64,000 nucleotides of DNA. Origin: Myxococcales bacterium (GTDB lineage: Bacteria > Myxococcota_A > Polyangia > Polyangiales > Ga0077539). The notes under the pieces were generated by a model. The model had not been told where the DNA came from and made no database searches. It saw only the letters and a list, made by a program, of their open reading frames with translations. Made by a program: the position numbers and the translations under genes. Location: the NCBI GenBank assembly GCA_030652255.1, contig JAUSAZ010000196.1, forward strand, positions 10,875 through 74,874. The letters run 5' to 3'. Below, piece by piece: positions 9,413 through 18,100 of this stretch (position 1 is its first letter; each line of letters begins with the position of its first letter).

Positions 9413-11545
9413 ATGCCTTCCGTCCTCGCGCTGATCAGCAAGGTCGAGTTCAACAAGCTGGGCGCCGACGCAACGCCCGGCCGGCCGATCAGGCTCACCC
9501 GCTATCAGAGCAGACACGCGAGCCTCGAGCCGCTGGCCGATGGCGGCGATCTCTACCTCGTCACCGTGCGACCTGGAGACGAGCTTTGGCTCGTCGCGGT
9601 CCTCCGCAGGCCGCGAGCCACAACGAAGGGGTGGGAGGCGTCCGAGCCGAACACGCAACCCTTCGTCAGCGCGAAGTCGATCGCGAGGAAGCTGAAGTTC
9701 TCGACCGGCAAGGGCGTGTCGCGCGAGCCCGGGAAGCTGGGGATGTCCCTGCAGACCCCGCGCACCCTCACCGAGGGGGACGTCGCGCTGCTCGCGGGCC
9801 TGGCCGGCGGAGGCGAGGAGACCCGCGCACCCGCGGGGACGGCGGCGTCCGGGGAGGGCACCACCGCGTCGAGGGTCGATCAGGGCGTCCTGGACGACGT
9901 GGTCGTCCAGCTGCTCGCCCGGCTCCTGCAACGTCCGGCGGAGGACATTCGTGGGGATCAGTCCCGGTACGCCGCGTTCCACAACGATGACAGCACCTAC
10001 GACCTCGAGCCGGGATGGATCGACTGGACCACCCTCGAGGTCACCGACGACGACGAAGACGACAGCGAGGCACCGGACGAGGAGGAGGACGAAGACGAAG
10101 ACGAGGACGAGGACGAGGACGGCGATCCGGGGAACGACAACCTCTACGCGCGCCGCGACTTCGACTTCGCACGATCGCTCTTCGACCATGAGAGCTTCCT
10201 GCACGAGCGGTGCACGGACAGGTCGCTTCGGAAGGTGTTCGAGAAGCAGGGCGGGACGCTCTACGGCGCGCAGATCCAGGCGCTCGTGACGCAGGGGAGG
10301 CTCGACCCCGAAGGGCTGATCGAGCTCTCCCTCGAAGGGCGAATCAAGGCCCGGGGCGACTCGCTCGTCGACGCTGCCCGCGCGCTCTTCAAGCTCGATC
10401 GCTTCGGCGAGGAGGACCCGCTGCGACCGGGCTCCTACTCGAAGGTGGAGAAGAAGTGGAAGAAGGTCCTCGAGGAGATCGCCCCGACCAGGGAGCTGCG
10501 CGACCACCTCGGGCTCTTCTTCCAGACCGCCAACGCCGCCCGATGTTCAGGCGCCTTTTTTGATGGGGATCTGGAGCGCACGCTGCTCGAGGCCGACGGG
10601 AGACCCTGCTTCGAGGGCGTCGCGGGGTGGAGCGTGGGTGAAGGCCAGGGGAGCTTCTGCCTCGCGCGGATCCACGACGATGCCATCTCCCCGGTGCCCG
10701 CGTTCGAGGGCCGACTGTTCATCCGAAGGCGAGACCGCGGGACCCCGGCGCCGGCCCCCGGGACCGAGGGGGCGCCGCGCAGCCTCGGCGAGCGGCTCGC
10801 GCCGCACGATGCGCTCGACCTCGACCTCGAGGGCGACAAGATCGCGACGGTCGCGGACCTCCGACGTCGGATCGCGGCCCGAGGCGCCGCCGCCTTCATG
10901 AAGCCGATCGGAGGGTCCGCCGGGAAGATCCACACGCGGTCGATCACCGTCGTGCAGAGCATCCACCTCCTCCTCCAGGCCGGGGCCCCGGACGCCGCGC
11001 TCGCCCTCGGCGAGGCCGCGGCGCCGTTTCTCGGAGACGACATCCGCGCCCTGGCGCTCTACAACACCGGGGTCGCGCTGACGGCCCTGGGGCGCTACGC
11101 CGACGCCCAGGCCGTCTACGAGCGGGCCCTCCCGGCGGCGAAGAAGAGCGCGCCGTGGGCGGCGGCTCCGTCGTCGATGCTCCGCAACAACCTGGCGTGG
11201 ACGGCGTTCAAGGCGGGGCGGCTCGACGTCGCCCGGGCCCACATTCCCGCGGCGCTCGAGGAGGATCCGGAGAACTCGCATGCGCAGGGCACCGCCGGAT
11301 GCATCGCGCTCGCCTCGGGCAGGACCGAAGAGGCGATGAAGCACTTCGCCCTGGCCATGGCGGGCGGCCACGATCCCGACCCGGGGCCCGAGGTCGCGAG
11401 GCGCGACGACTACCGCGAGCTCGCGCTCCGCTTCGGCACCCCGATCGAGCTGACGGACGACGAGGCCGCAGCGCTCGGTCCCGAAGGCTACGTCGACGAG
11501 CTCGATCCGGAGGACGAGGACGAGGACGAGGACGACGACGAGTGA
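9413..11545 (+). CDS. Large hypothetical protein with poly-acidic tracts and C-terminal TPR-like repeats
   Basis: Long GC3-biased ORF with GGAG upstream of ATG 9413. Internal tract DDDEDDSEAPDEEEDEDEDEDEDEDGD and C-terminal tract PEDEDEDEDDDE. TPR-like helices (ALYNTGVALTALGRYADAQAVYERAL...). The start could instead be 9386. Confidence 0.55.
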   Translation: MPSVLALISKVEFNKLGADATPGRPIRLTRYQSRHASLEPLADGGDLYLVTVRPGDELWLVAVLRRPRATTKGWEASEPNTQPFVSAKSIARKLKFSTGKGVSREPGKLGMSLQTPRTLTEGDVALLAGLAGGGEETRAPAGTAASGEGTTASRVDQGVLDDVVVQLLARLLQRPAEDIRGDQSRYAAFHNDDSTYDLEPGWIDWTTLEVTDDDEDDSEAPDEEEDEDEDEDEDEDGDPGNDNLYARRDFDFARSLFDHESFLHERCTDRSLRKVFEKQGGTLYGAQIQALVTQGRLDPEGLIELSLEGRIKARGDSLVDAARALFKLDRFGEEDPLRPGSYSKVEKKWKKVLEEIAPTRELRDHLGLFFQTANAARCSGAFFDGDLERTLLEADGRPCFEGVAGWSVGEGQGSFCLARIHDDAISPVPAFEGRLFIRRRDRGTPAPAPGTEGAPRSLGERLAPHDALDLDLEGDKIATVADLRRRIAARGAAAFMKPIGGSAGKIHTRSITVVQSIHLLLQAGAPDAALALGEAAAPFLGDDIRALALYNTGVALTALGRYADAQAVYERALPAAKKSAPWAAAPSSMLRNNLAWTAFKAGRLDVARAHIPAALEEDPENSHAQGTAGCIALASGRTEEAMKHFALAMAGGHDPDPGPEVARRDDYRELALRFGTPIELTDDEAAALGPEGYVDELDPEDEDEDEDDDE

Positions 11546-11691
11546 GCCGTGGGCGTTCCACGGGTCTACCCATGACATCGCCGTGGTGACCAGAGCGCGA
11601 CGGGGTGGGGATGAGGTGGGAGGGTGCCTGAGCGAGGCGCCGCGCCGAAGGCGCACGAGTGTGCGTCTTCGTGCGGCGGGATCAGAGCCTG

Positions 11692-13866
11692 TCAGCGAAT
11701 GGTGAGGCGCTGCAGGAGCACCTGGGTGCCGGCCTGGAAGCTCATGGACTCCAGGCGTACGGGTTCGTCACAAGTGACCACCGAGGCCTGATCGAGCCAG
11801 GAGGAGGGCGTCGTCATGGTGGGGCTGAAGGAGTGCCCGCGGAAGGCCGTCAGGGGCGCCACGGTGGGCGTCACCGGGGTGGCGGTGAGGGTGTACGGCA
11901 TGAGGCGCATGCTGCCGGTGCCGCCCGGGAGGGTCATCACGTCGTCGTTGGTCTGGTACCAACGTCCCCAGAAGTGGTGCGGGTTGAGGCCACCGGGGGT
12001 CTGCTGGTGCAGCACGATGAGCCCCTGGCTGGTGGGGAACACGCCGGTGATCGTGTCCGACACGATCTCCTCGGCGCCGCGGCCGCCGTAGTAGAGCGAA
12101 CCCCAGTTCCAGGCGCCGGTCGTGGCGTTGAGGCTCATGAGGAAGCCATCGCCGCCGGAGGGATCGAAGGGCGCGAGGCCCACGCGCCCGGTGAAGATGG
12201 CCTGACCGTTGTACACGGCGACGTTCATGGTGTTGTTGCGGTCGGCGTTTCCTGCCTGCCAGGTGCGCGCCCAGACCACCGCGCCCGTCGCCGCCGACAG
12301 CCGCGCGCCCACGAAGGCGGTGCTGGCTCCCCGCACGTTGACGGCCGCCAGCACGCCGTCGCCGGAGATGGCGAGGCCGCGCACGTTGGAGCCGAAGACC
12401 GCCAGCGACTGCATCCACGCCAGGGTGGGCGCGTCGCCGTTGACGCCGTTGAGCCGCGCCACGAAGGGCGCGTTGTTGGAGATGCCGCCGAGGAAGGCCG
12501 TGCCGTCGGCGCCGACCACGAGGGAGCCCACTCGCGCGGTGCCCGTGTGGGTGATCGAGCGCGCCCAGAGGATCGTCCCGTCGGTCTTGCGGACCGCGGC
12601 GACGTAGAACTGCCCCGATACCTCGGCCGAGCCGGCCATGATGACGCGGTCGTTGAGCGACGCGTCGACGGCCTGACCGCGGAGCCCTTCACGCACGAGG
12701 TTGGGCACCGGCACCGCGCCGGCGTTGAAGCCGACGGACCAGGCGGGCGTGCCCGTGGCGGAGTCGACCCGCATGAGGCCCGCCTGGAAGACGCTGTTGG
12801 CGCTCGACGACGACCGATCGAAGGTGAGGTACAGGGAGCCGCTGCTGTCGATGTCGAGGGAGTCGGGGTTGCCGCCGACCTCGCCGTTGTTGCCGATGTC
12901 GCGGGCCTCCTGGATGTACTGCTCGTTGAGCTCCCGCACCCAGCCGAGGCTGCCGTTGGCGTTGACCCGCGCCAGCGCCACGTTGCGGTTGAAGCGGTCG
13001 CTCCACTGGTTGACGTTGATGTTGAAGTACATGTTGCCCGCGGCGTCGGCCACCACGGCGCCGGGCTCGGCGCTGTTGGAGCCCGCGACGTTGCTACGGG
13101 CGAACACGCGCTCCATCGCGTTGGACACCACCGGGCTCAGGGTGAGGTTGTCGCGACCACGGCCCGCGACGGTGACCGTGTACGTGCGCCCGCCGCCGTA
13201 GCGCACGATGAAGCGCACCGGACGCGGCCCCGATGCGATGGGGATGAAGTGCACCCCCACCGAGGTGCTGCCGTTGGGCGCCAGCATCTGCGGCATGAAG
13301 GTGAAGGGGACACGCGAGGTCCTGCCCGGCTGGGTGAACGCCCACTCGTGCGCCTCGGCGGGCGCCACCGGCTCCAGGGCCACGGACTCGACCATCATCG
13401 GACTGCTGCCGGTGTTGACGATGGAGAGCGTCACGACACCCATGCTCCACGGCGGCACACCGTCGAGCACCGTCTCGTTGTAGGTGCTGCCGTCGGCGAG
13501 AACGCGCGCCCCCATGCCCCGCACCTGGAGCGCCGCGGCCGTCGGCACGTCCGTCGCCACCGGGACGTCCGTCGCCATCGGCACATCCGTGGGCCGCGGC
13601 ACGTCCGTCGCCATCGGCACATCCGTGGGCCGCGGCACATCCGTCGCCATCGGGACGTCCGTCGCCACCGGGACATCCGTCGCTACCGGCACGTCCGTCG
13701 CCACCGGCACGTCCGTCGCTACCGGGACGTCCGTCGCCACCGGGACGTCCTGGGGCGTGTTGCCCGTATCGACCGGCGTCGACGCATCGGGCGTCGTGGC
13801 CCCGTCACTGCAACCCGCCGCGAATGCACAAAATACCGCCAGGCCCACACTCGTCCGAACTCTCAT
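11692..13866 (-). CDS. Secreted lipoprotein: DVPxxT tandem repeats, Ig-like domain and beta-propeller-like region
   Basis: Signal peptide with lipobox (VFCAFAAGC). 12 x 6-aa repeats. Remainder rich in beta-strand/propeller-like repeats (GxxxW.. patterns). Confidence 0.7.
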   Translation of the reverse strand: MRVRTSVGLAVFCAFAAGCSDGATTPDASTPVDTGNTPQDVPVATDVPVATDVPVATDVPVATDVPVATDVPMATDVPRPTDVPMATDVPRPTDVPMATDVPVATDVPTAAALQVRGMGARVLADGSTYNETVLDGVPPWSMGVVTLSIVNTGSSPMMVESVALEPVAPAEAHEWAFTQPGRTSRVPFTFMPQMLAPNGSTSVGVHFIPIASGPRPVRFIVRYGGGRTYTVTVAGRGRDNLTLSPVVSNAMERVFARSNVAGSNSAEPGAVVADAAGNMYFNINVNQWSDRFNRNVALARVNANGSLGWVRELNEQYIQEARDIGNNGEVGGNPDSLDIDSSGSLYLTFDRSSSSANSVFQAGLMRVDSATGTPAWSVGFNAGAVPVPNLVREGLRGQAVDASLNDRVIMAGSAEVSGQFYVAAVRKTDGTILWARSITHTGTARVGSLVVGADGTAFLGGISNNAPFVARLNGVNGDAPTLAWMQSLAVFGSNVRGLAISGDGVLAAVNVRGASTAFVGARLSAATGAVVWARTWQAGNADRNNTMNVAVYNGQAIFTGRVGLAPFDPSGGDGFLMSLNATTGAWNWGSLYYGGRGAEEIVSDTITGVFPTSQGLIVLHQQTPGGLNPHHFWGRWYQTNDDVMTLPGGTGSMRLMPYTLTATPVTPTVAPLTAFRGHSFSPTMTTPSSWLDQASVVTCDEPVRLESMSFQAGTQVLLQRLTIR
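13531..13746 (-). repeat. About 12 in-frame tandem copies of an 18-bp unit (encodes DVP[VMR][AP]T)
   Basis: Plus-strand units of the form gtccgtcgccaccgggac / atccgtgggccgcggcac, directly abutting. Lies inside the lipoprotein CDS. Confidence 0.85.
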
Positions 13867-14185
13867 CTGACCTCACTGGGAATGGGGTGGCGCGTGATTG
13901 GCTCACGCGGTTGACCCCAGGGTGATGCACAAGGCATGGCCCGACACCATTGTCAGGACCGTAGCTCGTGCTCATTCATCTGCGCACAAGAGCGGGACAT
14001 TCGTTGCGACTGCAGACCTCGCCCCGAGGAATGAGCCCACGACTCCAGGCGCTACATGTCAATCATTTCCCCAACCATCCCACGCTTCCCGGCTCCCCAC
14101 TGGCATCCAAGGCGCCGATCACTCGACACGATCGGGACAATGGAAACAGCCGACTGGCCCAGCGACTTCAACTCAGAGATTGCCT

Positions 14186-14255
14186 GAAATGTTTCCTGTT
14201 GAAATCGCGAAGAGACACGACCCCCGAAGTGAGTTTGGCGAGAGACCTATCAAAC
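14186..14255. repeat. Short degenerate copy of the 160-bp TIR element found at 54949-55108
   Basis: Shares ..tttc.tg.tgaaatcgcgaagag.. and ..gagtt.g.cgaga.ac.. with the element at 54949-55108. The central part is missing. Confidence 0.35.
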
Positions 14256-14529
14256 CAGTTCTCATCTCAGTCCTGAAGGGCTCAGTACACCCGCATGATG
14301 GCCAATCCACAGTCCCTACGCGCCGTGGCAGACAAACCTTTTGTGGCATGGTTCCCGCACCCTGTCCAGCCTCCGATTCGGGAGGGTGCCCTGCCAGAAC
14401 GCTCGTGGAGCGCTCTCCGCGCGCGACGAGGGCGACGACACGCGAGTGGGCACCTCAGGGGGGCCGCTTCCCCCTCATCACCCTCCATCGGCCTGCCGAT
14501 TGCTCCATCAGTGCCCTGCGCTCATCGAC

Positions 14530-14731
14530 ATGAGCGACGGGCCGCGGTCCGAAGGCCTGAGGGCCATTCGCACCCAGGTCGAGGCGGTGGTCGCTGAGGT
14601 GATCCGCCCGCGGGCCGAGGAGGTCGATCGCGAGGGCGCGTGGCCCGAGCACTCGATGCACGCGCTGGCGGGCGCCCGTGGCGAGCGCCGCCGGGCACGC
14701 TCCGGTAGATCCCTCACAGCGGTCGGCGTAG
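14530..14731 (+). pseudogene. Remnant: first ~49 codons of an ACAD-like gene fused out of frame to the last ~55 nt of a histidine kinase gene
   Basis: 14470-14676 aligns with 21053-21259 (promoter region plus 5' end of the intact ACAD gene). 14677-14735 aligns with 24813-24871 (3' end of the intact kinase gene, including its TAG). Confidence 0.75.
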
Positions 14732-15157
14732 TGTCCTCCCCCTCCGGTGCAGACGCGGCCCGGGAGCTTCCCCGGCGCGTCGGCCCTCGCGGCCTTCGCC
14801 GCGGCCATGGGGGCCCCCCGCCGCCGTGGAGGCCGCGAGGTGCTGACGCAGCCGACGCCAGGGCTCGGCGTCGTGGCGGAGCTGGTAGGCGCGCGGGTGG
14901 GGCGACACCGGCGTCACGACCACCGGCTCGCGGCAGACCCGGGCGAGCACGGCGGTGGCGAACGCGAGCCCCTCGCGCTGCACCCAGGCGTCCGGGGCTT
15001 CAGCGCGACCCCGTCCCCGGGAAGGGCCAGGAGCCTCTTCGCGACCGTGGCAGACCATTCGATGGGCATCAGCCCCCGGAGGCTACGTCCGCGGGCCCTC
15101 CCTCCGCCCTCATCTCTCCACGCCGCCCGGCTGCCGTGCTGTGCGACCCTCCGCGCC

Positions 15158-18100
15158 ATGACGGTCGAGACGTTCATCGCGAAGTGGGCGACGGCGGAGG
15201 CGGCGGAGCGCGCCCACAAGGACTCCTTCCTCAACGAGCTCTGCGGCGTGCTCGGCGTCCCCCTCCCCGACCACCTCACCGGCGACCCCGCCCAGGACCG
15301 CTACGTCTTCGAGAAGGACGCCACCCTCGTCCACGACGGCAAGCCCAACTCCGTCGGCAAGATGGACCTCTACAAGCACGGCTGCTTCGTGCTGGAGGCC
15401 AAGCAGGGCTCCAACCCCGGCGCGAAGAAGACCGGCTCCGCCCGCCGCGGCACCGCCCACTGGACCGTCATGATGCAGGACGCCTACGGCCAGGCCATGG
15501 GCTACGCCCGGGTGCTCGCCGCGCCGCCGCCCTTCCTCGTCGTCGCCGACATCGGGCACTGCTTCGACCTCTACGCCTGCTTCGACGGCTCCAACCTCTG
15601 GAAGCCCTTCCCCGACGCGCAGCACAACCGGGTCTTCTTCTCGACCCTCACCGACCCCGCCGTGCGCGAGCTGCTCAAGGGCATCTGGACGGCGCCCCTC
15701 GCCCTCGACCCCGCGCTGCGCTCGGCGAAGGTCACCCGCGACGTGGCCGTCCACCTCGCCGAGCTCGCCCGGATGTTCGAGGCGAAGCACAAGCCCGAGG
15801 AGGTCGCCGGCTTCCTCATGCGGTGCATCTTCACCATGTTCGCCGAGGACGTCGGGATGTTCGGCCTCGACGAGAAGAGGCGCCCCCGCAAGCTCTTCAC
15901 CGAGGCCCTGCGCGACCACTGGATCAACGCCCCCAGGCGCTTCCAGCCCGAGGTCGAGCACCTCTGGCGCGTGATGAACGAGGGCGGGTACTTCGGCCTC
16001 GGCGCGAAGCTCCTCAAGTTCAACGGCGGACTCTTCGCCGACGCCCGCGCGCTGCCCATCACCGACCGCAAGGTGCTCGATCGCCTCCTCGAAGCCGCCA
16101 CCAGCGACTGGAGCAAGGTCGAGCCCGCCATCTTCGGCACGCTCCTCGAACGCGCCCTCGACCCGAAGGAGCGCCACCGGCTCGGCGCCCACTACACCCC
16201 GCGGGCCTACGTCGAGCGGCTGGTGCGGCCCACCCTCGAAGCCCCGTTGCGCGCGAAGTGGGAGGCCGTGCGCGCCGAGGTGCTCAAGCGCGTCGGCGAG
16301 GTGGTCTCTGCCCCGTCGCCCGACGGCTCCGACGGGGCGGCGACGGTGGGCGCGGGGGCGGCGGCGGGCGCGGCGGGGGGTACGGGCGCGGCGGGGAAGA
16401 AGAAGCGCGCGAAGAAGCTGCTCCCCAACACGGTGCACGGGCGAACCCAGATCGTGAAGGAGGTGCGGGTGCTGGTGAAGGCGTTCCACCAGGAGCTGTG
16501 CACGGTGCGGGTGCTCGACCCGGCGTGCGGCACCGGGAACTTCCTCTACGTCGCCCTCGACGCGATGAAGCGGCTGGAGAGCGAGGTGCTCTCGCTCGAC
16601 GCGCAGCTCGCCACCAGCGTGGGCATCCCCGTGGACGTGGCCTTCGAGTGGGGGGCGATGGTGACGCCCGCGCAGTTCCTCGGCATCGAGAAGAAGCTGT
16701 GGGCCAAGGAGATCGCCGAGCTCGTGCTCTGGATCGGCTTCCTCCAGTGGTTCCATCGGACGCGGCAGAACGACGACGGCTCGGTGCGCTGGGAAGAACC
16801 CGTCCTGCGCAACCTGCACAACATCGAGTGCAGGGACGCCGTCCTGGCGTGGGACCGGGAAGAGCCCGTGCTCGACGGGCAGGGCAAGCCGGTCACTCGG
16901 TGGGATGGCGAGTCGATGAAGAAGAGCCCGGTGACGGGCGAAGACGTGCCCGATGAGACGAAGCGGGTGCTGGTGACGAAGCTGGTGGGGGCGAGGCGGG
17001 CGGAGTGGCCCAAGGCGGACTACGTGGTGGGGAATCCGCCGTTCTTGGGCGGGTGGCGAATGCCACAGTCATTCGGCGAAGGCTACACGCAGGCTCTCCA
17101 TCAGAGCTATACGCACATCCCCGAGAAGGCCGACTATGTGATGTACTGGTGGGATCGCGCCGCGACCCTTGCCCGACAGGGTAGCGTGAAGGCATTTGGG
17201 TTCATCACGACCAACAGCATCACCCACGTCTTTCAGCGCAAGGTGATTGAGCACCACACCAGCGCCGTTCCGGCGATCGAGTTGATCTTCGCGATCCCAG
17301 ACCATCCATGGGTCGATGACGCCACTGCGGCGGCGGTTCGGATCGCGATGACCGTCGCGGTCGTCCGAGGCGAGACAGCTTACGGAGCCGTGCTTGGATT
17401 CGTCGATGAATCTGCGACGCTGACCGACGGAGCACTCCACGTTCAGTTCAACCGGGTCGACGTGCTTCATTCCGACCTTCGCGCTGGCGCGAACCTTCCA
17501 AGCGCTGTCGCCATTCGATCCAACGCAGACCTGTGCTGTCCTGGCATGCAGTTGTTCGGCGCCGGGTTTCTCGTCGACACGGTGACAGAAGCGAAGATCA
17601 ATGAAGGTGTCGCCGCTGATCTCGCAAGATCGATCGTGCGACCATTCGTCAATGGCCGCGATTTGATGGGGAAGCCGCGACAGTTGTTCGCCATCGACTT
17701 CCATGGCCTGTCGTCGGCGCAGGCGCTCGCCACTCATCCCAATGCGTTTCAAAGAGTGCTGGATGTGGTGAAGCCGGAGCGGGATGCCAACAAGGTCGCG
17801 TATCTTCGCGACCGGTGGTGGCTGTTTGGGCGCGAGCGCCAGGCGCTACGAAGAGCCCTGAAGTCGCTTCGGCGGTACATCGTCACTCCTGAGACGTCTT
17901 CCCACCGGGTGTTCCAGTTTCTCGACACGCTGGTATTGCCCGACAACATGGTAACGGCGGTAGCAATCGATGATGCCTGGCTCTTGGGAGTGCTCTCGTC
18001 GCGCGTGCATACAACCTGGGCGCTCGGGGCGGGAGGAACGCTTGAAGACCGTCCTCGGTATACCAAGACCAGTTGCTTCGATCCCTTCCCCTTCCCCGAC

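Noticed and set aside
13531-13746. Considered whether the regular 18-bp repeats could be a CRISPR array.
   Set aside because: The units abut directly with no spacers, are far shorter than CRISPR repeats, are in frame inside a lipoprotein CDS, and no cas genes are present.
14344-14359. Sigma-54-like promoter motif tggcatggttcccgca (GG-N10-GC). A similar tggcagccgtctgca lies near 20993-21007, upstream of the intact ACAD gene.
   Set aside because: This is a single-motif match with a weak -12 element (ccgc instead of ttgc). The second site has spacing one nucleotide short. No enhancer-binding protein gene is adjacent. The evidence is too weak to annotate.
13898-14533. 211-aa ORF (and 13968-14276) in the low-GC island.
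   Set aside because: It has no GC3 bias, no RBS and no recognisable motifs. It crosses the degenerate repeat copy and the duplicated ACAD promoter block. Treated as non-coding.
14914-15072. Small minus-strand ORF (MPIEWSATVAKRLLALPGDG...) divergent from the RM gene. With a frameshift it would continue as ..DAWVQREGLAFATAVLARVCREPVVVTP.. down to ~14714.
   Set aside because: It is possibly a frameshifted remnant of a small gene (a vague YjbR/MmcQ-like feel). I cannot support the family or an intact frame from the sequence alone.
14747-15157. Upstream extension of the RM ORF (the track starts it at 14747). Also the 871-aa ORF 14341..16956, opened by the ACAD remnant ATG.
   Set aside because: MmeI-family homology starts at MTVETFIAKW (15158). 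The extension has no homology and is low-complexity. ORF 14341..16956 runs out of frame through the RM gene.
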